This document shows, piece by piece, positions 1 through 5,855 of a stretch of 8,575 nt of DNA. Positions within the stretch are counted from its first letter, which is position 1. Every line of letters begins with the position of its first letter. The DNA comes from an uncultured Gammaproteobacteria bacterium (GTDB taxonomy: Bacteria > Patescibacteriota > Patescibacteriia > UBA2591 > UBA6264), in assembly GCA_964617525.1 (NCBI GenBank), contig CAZTWG010000001.1:25683-34257 (forward strand), in the 5' to 3' direction. Position numbers and translations under genes: made by a program. The notes beneath the pieces are model-generated. The model saw nothing but the letters and a program-made list of their open reading frames with translations. It did not search any database and was not told the origin of the DNA.

Positions 1-345
1 AAAGAAGAACTCAGCGTTTCTTCTGAAGATTTTGCTGAGTTTATTATTTTAATGTATGAAAAGAAGTTGTCTAATATTTTTGGTCGAAAAATTTTGAAAA
101 AAATGTTTGAAACGGGACGAGATGCTAATTCTTTGTTGGTAGAATTTAGCTCTCAAAAACTTATTGAATCAGACGAAATAGAAACCATTATTCAAGATGT
201 TATTAAAAATAATCCTGAGATAGTAATTAAGATTAAAGGAGGCCATCCTAATGCTATTCAATTTTTAATAGGGCAAACGGTTAAAAAAACAAAGGGACGG
301 GTAAGCCCAGATTTAATTAAAGAATTATTGACAAAATTCCTATAA
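1..345 (+). CDS. gatB: Asp/Glu-tRNA(Asn/Gln) amidotransferase subunit B, C-terminal fragment (5' end lies outside the window)
   Basis: Frame 1 is open from base 1 (KEELSVSSEDFAEFIILMYEKKLSN...) to TAA at 343-345. The tail ...NPEIVIKIKGGHPNAIQFLIGQTVKKTKGRVSPDLIKELL matches the pattern of the GatB/YqeY C-terminal helical domain (G..a.gfLvGqvmK.tkG.a.P..v.ell). The track's Met at 52 is internal. Confidence 0.8.
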   Translation, partial: KEELSVSSEDFAEFIILMYEKKLSNIFGRKILKKMFETGRDANSLLVEFSSQKLIESDEIETIIQDVIKNNPEIVIKIKGGHPNAIQFLIGQTVKKTKGRVSPDLIKELLTKFL

Positions 346-368
346 AAAAACGAGAGGCTTAGCGCCTC
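344..368 (-). terminator. Weak intrinsic-terminator-like hairpin, functional orientation on the minus strand
   Basis: gaggc (354-358) / ttagc loop / gcctc (364-368). On the minus strand the hairpin is followed after 3 nt by seven U (complement of the A-run 344-350). On the plus strand no U-tract follows. The stem is only 5 bp, so this is marginal. Confidence 0.35.
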
Positions 369-587
369 AGTCATATAAGAAAAGTTAAGATTGTTAATAT
401 TATCACACCTACATTCGCGGAGTAGATAAGCGCACGATTTTTGATTGCCAAGAAGATTAAGCTAGGTTTTTAGAAAGCATGAAATAATTTAACATCATAA
501 AACCAATAGGTAGTTTTTGCGAAAATTCTTTATCCAAAATTATAAAAATTAAACAATAGAAAAATGGGAGCTTGACTATCATTTTTT

Positions 588-1517
588 TTAGTTTCCTGGT
601 AGGAAATTTTTGATTAGTTGATTCGCTTCAGAATATGAAGTAACCCAATGAATACGTTCATCTCTTTTAAACCAGGTTATTTGACGGCGCGCATAATGAC
701 GCGTATTTTTTTTGATTAGATCAATTGCTTCCTGTAATGTGATTTTATTTTTAAGGTAAAGAATAATCTCTTTATAAGCAATCCCAGTTAAACCTGGACT
801 AGAAGTGGGATATTTTTTTATTAATTCATTAACCTCTTCTACTAATCCATTTTTAATCATTTGCTCGGTTCTTTGGTTTATTTGAGAATATAGTTTTGTT
901 CTTTCTGTTTTAATTCCGATTTGTAAGATTTCAAACTCTGGCTGAGCCTTGCTTCGTAATTGAGAGAACGGTTGTCCCGTTTTTAAACAGACCTCCAAAG
1001 CTCTAATTACTCTACGAGGATTTTTCTCTTGAACAAAATCTTTAGCTTGTGGGTCTAGTTTTAATAATTTTTGCCAAACAAAATCTAAGCATTTATCGTT
1101 AATTTCTCTTTCTATGTCAGCTCTCATTTTTTCGTCTGGCTTGACCTTAGGGATTACTAAGTTGTCAACAATTGAACTAATGTACAAGCCGGTCCCGCCA
1201 ACAAGAAAGGGGATTCCTCCATGTTGGTGAATTTTTTTAATAATTTTTGTAGCTTGTTTTTTGAATAAAGCTACGGTAAATTTTTCGCTTGGATTAATAA
1301 TGTCAATCATGTGGTGATGAATGCCATTGTTGTCTTTTGCCAATGTCTTGGCAGTGCCAATGTCCATTTCTTTATAAATAGCTCTGCTATCAGCGGATAT
1401 AATTTCAATATTTTGGTTGTTTTTTGAATATTCTTTAGCTAATCTTAACGCAAAAGAACTTTTTCCAGAAGCTGTAGGACCACAAATCACAATTATTCGG
1501 GGTTTATTTGTTTCCAT
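588..1517 (-). CDS. miaA: tRNA dimethylallyltransferase (i6A37 synthase)
   Basis: P-loop IVICGPTASGKS directly after the N-terminus, plus SADSRAIYKEMDIGTAK, FLVGGTGLY and RRQITWFK, all classic MiaA/IPPT motifs. I place the start at ATG 1517-1515 (METNKPRIIVICGP...). The track's start at 1553 is a TTG giving 12 extra residues and a 12-nt overlap with the divergent gene. Stop is TAA at 588-590. Confidence 0.9.
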   Translation of the reverse strand: METNKPRIIVICGPTASGKSSFALRLAKEYSKNNQNIEIISADSRAIYKEMDIGTAKTLAKDNNGIHHHMIDIINPSEKFTVALFKKQATKIIKKIHQHGGIPFLVGGTGLYISSIVDNLVIPKVKPDEKMRADIEREINDKCLDFVWQKLLKLDPQAKDFVQEKNPRRVIRALEVCLKTGQPFSQLRSKAQPEFEILQIGIKTERTKLYSQINQRTEQMIKNGLVEEVNELIKKYPTSSPGLTGIAYKEIILYLKNKITLQEAIDLIKKNTRHYARRQITWFKRDERIHWVTSYSEANQLIKNFLPGN

Positions 1518-1541
1518 GTTTAAGGTATAATTAAAAATATT
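1518..1541. promoter_or_regulatory. 24-bp divergent spacer between miaA and the PrsW-like gene; TATAAT at 1526-1531 (+)
   Basis: A plus-strand TATAAT hexamer lies 10 nt upstream of ATG 1542, which would give a leaderless or nearly leaderless mRNA. No Shine-Dalgarno motif is present in either direction. TATAAT-like hexamers are frequent by chance in AT-rich DNA. Confidence 0.3.
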
Positions 1542-2231
1542 ATGGATTATCAAAACTTTTTAATTTACTTACTGTTTAGCGCTCTGCCTATCGGGATATG
1601 GCTTTTCGTTTGCTTACGATTAGACCGTTCTGCTCCAGAGCCGCGCTCGCAAATTTTTAGGGTTTTTTTGTTAGGAGCTTTAGTTACCATTCCTTTAATG
1701 CTAATTACGGGGAACTTAACTAATTGGAGCGAGAAAAACCTACTTTTAGGTTCATTTCTAGCAATATTCTTTTCTTCTTTTTTAATTGATGGTTTATTTG
1801 AAGAATTCGGGAAATATATAGTTTTCCGTTTAGGCGTTTATCAAATTCGGCATTTTAATCAAGTTAGAGATGGTTTCATCTATGGCATGACTCTTGGGTT
1901 AGGTTTTGCTTTTAGTGAAAACATCCTTTATGGATTTTTGTCGCCAAATATATGGTCAGGAACTAGTCTTATTTTGCTTAGAGGGTTAACTACAACATTG
2001 ATTCATTTCTTGTCGGGAGGAATTATTGGTTATTATTGGGCATTAGTCAAGTTTAATCCTAAATTCTCAAGGTATCTTTCTTTAAAAGGATTATTTTTGG
2101 CTTTCTTGCTTCACGGCCTATATAATACTATCGTCAGATTTAATTGGTATTGGAATATTATTCCTCTCGGTATTTTATTAATCGGAGTTTATATTGTTGT
2201 TTTGCGTCGTATCAAGAGGATCCCCGATTAA
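1542..2231 (+). CDS. PrsW-family intramembrane (glutamic-type) metalloprotease
   Basis: 229-aa polytopic membrane protein. It carries the family motifs in order: LDRSAPEP near the N-terminus, LFEEFGKY (EExxK), IHFLSGG, and LLHGLYN (HxxxN). ATG at 1542, TAA at 2229-2231. Confidence 0.8.
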   Translation: MDYQNFLIYLLFSALPIGIWLFVCLRLDRSAPEPRSQIFRVFLLGALVTIPLMLITGNLTNWSEKNLLLGSFLAIFFSSFLIDGLFEEFGKYIVFRLGVYQIRHFNQVRDGFIYGMTLGLGFAFSENILYGFLSPNIWSGTSLILLRGLTTTLIHFLSGGIIGYYWALVKFNPKFSRYLSLKGLFLAFLLHGLYNTIVRFNWYWNIIPLGILLIGVYIVVLRRIKRIPD

Positions 2232-3425
2232 TCCCCAGCTATAAGCATTAGTAATTTGACAATAGATAAATGTGCCGGGAACGGCTGGTTTGCTTAGTTC
2301 AATGTTTTTAAAACTTTTTGTTTTAGCTTGATTTGGTTTAATTACTAAAGCCTCTACTTTTTGGCCAATATATTTTTGGTTGTTTCGTAGGGCTGTTTTT
2401 TTTAAAATTTTATTCAAAACCCTATTTCTCCTTTTCTTTTCTCTTGAAGATACATTATCTTTCAATTTGGCGGCATCAGTTTTGTCTCTAGGTGAATATT
2501 GAGCAATATATGCCATGTCAAATTTAATTTTCTTCATTAGTTTTTTAGTATGCGCAAATTGTCTTTTTGTTTCTCCGGGGAACCCCACGATAATATCGGT
2601 GGAGATATTGATTTGTGGTATTTTTTGACGAATCTTAGATATTATTTTTTCGTATTGTTCTATCGTATAATTTCGGTTCATTCTTTTAAGAATTTGATTA
2701 TCCCCAGATTGGACGGCCAAATGGATATAGGGGCAAATTTTTGGAGAATTGGCCATTACTTCAATTAATTCGTCAGAAAAATCTTTAGGATGGGATGTAA
2801 GAAAACTAAGCCAAAATTTTCCAGGGATATTATGAATAGTTTTTAATAGTTCGGGAAAATTTTGGTTATTTTTATAGGAATTAACGTTTTGCCCTAGCAA
2901 TATAATTTCAACATAACCTTTTTTAATAATTCTTTGAATTTCAGAAACAATTTCTGAAACTGGACGGGAATATTCTCGCCCCCTAGTATAAGGCACAACA
3001 CAATAAGAACAAAAATTATTACAGCCGGTCATTATGGGAATATAGGCAGAGAATGTGGAAGAATATAGTGGATGGATTGAGGAAGAATTTTTGCCAGAAA
3101 TAGCGCTAACGGTGCTATTGACTTCTTGAACACTGATTATTTCGTCAAATTTATTCTTCATTTTTTTTCTGTCTTTGCTTAAAATGCATCCTGTAAGAAT
3201 TGTTCTTAGCTCAGGTTTCTTTTTTTTAATGTCAGCTAATTTCTCGCTTAATCCATATACTCGGTTTACTGCCGATTGTCTAACTGAGCACATATTAACT
3301 ATAACTAAATCAGCCCCATTGATGTTGGGGGCTGCCTTATAACCATCATTTTCTAAAATACCTGCTATTCTTTCTGAGTCACTCTTGTTCATTTGGCATC
3401 CATAAGTGATTATGTGATACTTCAT
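2178..3425 (-). CDS. miaB: tRNA-2-methylthio-N6-dimethylallyladenosine synthase (radical-SAM methylthiotransferase)
   Basis: N-terminal UPF0004 cluster ITYGCQMNKSDSE ... VNMCSVRQSA ... LTGC. Radical-SAM CxxxCxxC appears in TGCNNFCSYCVVPYTRGRE. A C-terminal TRAM-like segment is present (YIGQKVEALVIKP...FIYCQITNAYSWGLIG). The TYGCQMN N-terminus favours MiaB over RimO/MtaB. ATG at 3425, TAA at 2178-2180. Confidence 0.88.
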   Translation of the reverse strand: MKYHIITYGCQMNKSDSERIAGILENDGYKAAPNINGADLVIVNMCSVRQSAVNRVYGLSEKLADIKKKKPELRTILTGCILSKDRKKMKNKFDEIISVQEVNSTVSAISGKNSSSIHPLYSSTFSAYIPIMTGCNNFCSYCVVPYTRGREYSRPVSEIVSEIQRIIKKGYVEIILLGQNVNSYKNNQNFPELLKTIHNIPGKFWLSFLTSHPKDFSDELIEVMANSPKICPYIHLAVQSGDNQILKRMNRNYTIEQYEKIISKIRQKIPQINISTDIIVGFPGETKRQFAHTKKLMKKIKFDMAYIAQYSPRDKTDAAKLKDNVSSREKKRRNRVLNKILKKTALRNNQKYIGQKVEALVIKPNQAKTKSFKNIELSKPAVPGTFIYCQITNAYSWGLIGDPLDTTQNNNINSD

Positions 3426-3480
3426 ATTTTGTTTTTTTACCTTACTTTATCGTTTGGTAATATCTTTTTTATATTATCCG

Positions 3481-3503
3481 ACGAGAATAATATTCTCGTT
3501 TTT
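3481..3503 (+). terminator. Orphan terminator-like hairpin (plus-strand orientation) in the miaB upstream spacer
   Basis: cgagaat (3482-3488) / aat / attctcg (3492-3498) is followed by TTTTT (3499-3503). No plus-strand gene lies upstream. On the minus strand it sits about 60-75 nt upstream of the miaB AUG and has no U-tract. Confidence 0.35.
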
Positions 3504-3778
3504 GCCAAAAAATATTCTCTCTCGTTAAATGTGAGCTATAACATTATTATTTGTTATTTTGGTTGGATGTCCCTTTTATTCCTTTTCAGTATCTGCGTTT
3601 TCTAAAATATTTTTATCTAAATCTACATTTATTGGGTACAATTGACAAAAACTTAATTAATGGCTTCTTGCGCTTTAATCGCTATAACATGGCAATAGTA
3701 ACATTCCAGCGAGCGTTAAAATAAGAATTTTATCTTTTGTTTTTATAATGATTATGTTAGTAAATTAATAATAATTAT

Positions 3779-5599
3779 TTACTTTCTAGCCTTGATTTCT
3801 TTTAAAATCTTTTCTATAAATTGTTTTTTAGTTAATTTTTTTATCTTATTGCCTCTCATTCTAATGTTTAGATATTTTCCTTTCATCTCTTTATCTCCAA
3901 TAACCATAATGTATGGTATTTTTTGTTTTTCTGCCTTGCGGATTTTATAAGAAATAGTTTCGTTTGATAAGTCGGCCTCTGTTCTGATCCCATATTCTTT
4001 TAATTCTTGCGCTATTTTCTTTGTTGCTGAACTGTGAGCTTTTCCGACAGGTGTTATATATACCTGAACGGGGGAGAGCCAAACTGGGAAAATTCCCGCA
4101 TAATGTTCTATCAATACCCCTATAAATCTCTCTAACGATCCGAGGAGAGCTCTGTGGATCATAATCGGTCGTTTTTTCTCGCCCTTATTGTCGATATATG
4201 TCATTTCAAATTTTTCTGGCAGATTAAAGTCAAGCTGTATTGTCGTGCATTGCCATGCCCTGCCTATGCTATCTTTTATTTTAATATCAATCTTTGGGCC
4301 GTAGAAAACACCGCCAGCAGGATCAATTTGATATTTAATTTTTAATTTTTCTAAAGCATTTTTTAAAGCATGGATTGATTTTTCCCAATTACTTGCTGTT
4401 CCGACAAATTTTTGAGGTTGAGTTGATAGATAAATATCGTAATCTTTGAATCCAAAAGTTTTTAACATTTTTATCGCAAACTTGACAGTAGCTTCAATTT
4501 CTTTGTTTAATTGCTCTGGCATACAAAAAATATGAGCATCGTCCTGAGTAAAGCCCCTGACCCTTGTTAGTCCATGCAAGACGCCAGATTTTTCATATCT
4601 GTAGACAGTGCCAAGTTCAGTATATCTTATCGGAAGGTCGCGGTAGCTTCTAGTACTGTTTTTGTAAATAGCAATATGAAATGGACAATTCATTGGCTTA
4701 AGTTGATAATCTTCTTTTTCGTCTTTAGACAATTCTTTTATACGCATAACAGGAAACATATTTTCTTTATAGAAATTATTATGGCCTGAGGTCTTCCAAA
4801 GATTTAGCTTAGCTATATGAGGTGTGCTGATTAATTGATATCCGTTATTTATATATTCATTTATTGCGTAATCTTCAATAATTTTTTTGATAATAGCGCC
4901 TTTTGGGTGCCATAGTATTAAACCTGGACCGATATCGTAATTAATACTAAAAAGGTCTAATTCTTTACCCAACTTCCTATGGTCTCTTTTTTCCGCTTCA
5001 GCTAAGTTTTCTAAATGTTTATCAAGTTCTTCTTTTTTTTGGAAACCTAGACCATAAATTCTGGTTAGCATTTTATTTTTTTCGTTGCCACGCCAATAAG
5101 CGCCAGCAATTTTAGTTAACTTGAAAGAAATGTTGGATAAGTCTTTAGTAGATTTAACATGAGGGCCCCTGCAAAGGTCGGTAAAGTCGCCCAGTTGGTA
5201 AATGCTTACTTTCTCTATTTTTTTATGTTCCGATTTTGCAATATTCTGATGTTCCGACGTCTTAGTCGTCCCATGTTTTTTTATATCGTTTAAGAGCTCT
5301 ATCTTATATGGTTGTTTTATTTTTTTGAATAATTTTATGGCTTCTTCAATTGTAATTTTTCTTTTTTCAAATTTTAAATTTTGAGAAATTAATTTTTTCA
5401 TTCGTTTTTCTATTCTAGAAAGGTCATTGGGGTTTAAACCTTTGTCTAGCTCTAAATCATAATAGAAGCCACTTTCAATTGTGGGTCCAATGCCGAATTT
5501 AGTTTCGGGGAATAAAGATAATATAGCCGCAGCCATTAGATGACTACAAGAATGCCTAAGTGTATCAAGAGACATTGTTACCCCGTTAGAAATTTTCAT
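3779..5599 (-). CDS. thrS: Threonine--tRNA ligase (class II), lacking the N-terminal TGS domain
   Basis: Editing-domain motifs RHSCSHL (HxxxH) and DLCRGPH, then AGAYWRG and RDHRKLG. Catalytic and zinc motifs KPMNCPFH, RVRGFTQDDAHIFC and MIHRALLGSLERF are present, followed by a C-terminal anticodon-binding domain. ATG at 5599-5597, with an in-frame TAA five codons upstream. TAA stop at 3779-3781. Confidence 0.95.
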   Translation of the reverse strand: MKISNGVTMSLDTLRHSCSHLMAAAILSLFPETKFGIGPTIESGFYYDLELDKGLNPNDLSRIEKRMKKLISQNLKFEKRKITIEEAIKLFKKIKQPYKIELLNDIKKHGTTKTSEHQNIAKSEHKKIEKVSIYQLGDFTDLCRGPHVKSTKDLSNISFKLTKIAGAYWRGNEKNKMLTRIYGLGFQKKEELDKHLENLAEAEKRDHRKLGKELDLFSINYDIGPGLILWHPKGAIIKKIIEDYAINEYINNGYQLISTPHIAKLNLWKTSGHNNFYKENMFPVMRIKELSKDEKEDYQLKPMNCPFHIAIYKNSTRSYRDLPIRYTELGTVYRYEKSGVLHGLTRVRGFTQDDAHIFCMPEQLNKEIEATVKFAIKMLKTFGFKDYDIYLSTQPQKFVGTASNWEKSIHALKNALEKLKIKYQIDPAGGVFYGPKIDIKIKDSIGRAWQCTTIQLDFNLPEKFEMTYIDNKGEKKRPIMIHRALLGSLERFIGVLIEHYAGIFPVWLSPVQVYITPVGKAHSSATKKIAQELKEYGIRTEADLSNETISYKIRKAEKQKIPYIMVIGDKEMKGKYLNIRMRGNKIKKLTKKQFIEKILKEIKARK

Positions 5600-5641
5600 A
5601 ATTAAATTATTTTACTTTATTATATACAATGCTTTATTTAA

Positions 5642-5681
5642 TTTCCCTGCCTGCCTGACGGCAGATTTTCGTTAGGGGAAA
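5642..5681 (-). other. GC-rich nested stem-loop in the thrS 5' region
   Basis: Inner hairpin ctgcc (5651-5655) / tgac / ggcag (5660-5664), enclosed by tttccc (5642-5647) / gggaaa (5676-5681). It is locally much more GC-rich than the surrounding spacer. A T6 run follows at 5684-5689 on the plus strand. Function unknown. Confidence 0.3.
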
Positions 5682-5762
5682 GGTTTTTTGCTGTGAAGTA
5701 TAGTGAATAATAAGGTTCTTGAGTGATTTGTAAATATCCCCATAGAAATTTTAGCACAACAC

Positions 5763-5794
5763 AAAATTTCTAACGAGGCTCACCCCGTTAGAAA
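5763..5794 (-). terminator. Rho-independent terminator downstream of the 386-aa gene / upstream of thrS
   Basis: Minus-strand RNA reads UUUCUAACGGGG-UGAG-CCUCGUUAGAAA followed by UUUUGUGUUGUG. The stem is 12 bp with a tetraloop. Position 5776/5785 is G-U on the minus strand but an A-C mismatch on the plus strand, which argues for the minus-strand RNA as the functional form. Confidence 0.65.
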
Positions 5795-5855
5795 GTTATA
5801 ATTGTTTCTTGCAATACATTCATATATTCTTTTTAGGATTTGTGAATCGAGCTTT

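Noticed and set aside
1518-1553. Longer miaA start at 1553 as given in the ORF track
   Set aside because: Position 1553-1551 is a TTG, not an ATG. It adds 12 non-conserved residues ahead of the P-loop region and creates a 12-nt head-to-head overlap with the divergent gene. The ATG at 1517 gives the usual short MiaA N-terminus.
3393-3605. 70-aa plus-strand ORF partly within the miaB-thrS spacer (hydrophobic, membrane-like)
   Set aside because: It starts inside the miaB 5' end and is F/I/L-rich purely from T-rich sequence. It runs straight through the terminator-like hairpin at 3482-3503. No motif or ribosome-binding signal is present. It is most likely spurious, though a small membrane peptide cannot be formally excluded.
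3642-3647. Perfect TTGACA -35 hexamer on the plus strand
   Set aside because: No TATAAT-like -10 element lies 16-18 nt downstream (ttcttg is found there), and there is no plus-strand gene to drive.
5581-5778. Invertible DNA switch bounded by the 16-nt inverted repeats a (5581-5596) and b (5763-5778)
   Set aside because: The thrS ATG (5597-5599) lies inside the segment that would invert. Inversion would strip an essential gene of its start codon and supply no replacement. No recombinase gene is nearby. The G-U asymmetry favours an RNA-level role. Read-pair orientation in the raw data could still be checked.
5600-5855. T-box riboswitch upstream of thrS
   Set aside because: The terminator top (GGGGUGAGCCUCG) loosely resembles the T-box core (GGGUGGUACCGCG). 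However, it lacks the UGGN bulge that pairs with the tRNA NCCA end. I also could not find a Stem I with a GA/K-turn motif or a specifier loop presenting an ACN codon. A covariance-model search would settle this.
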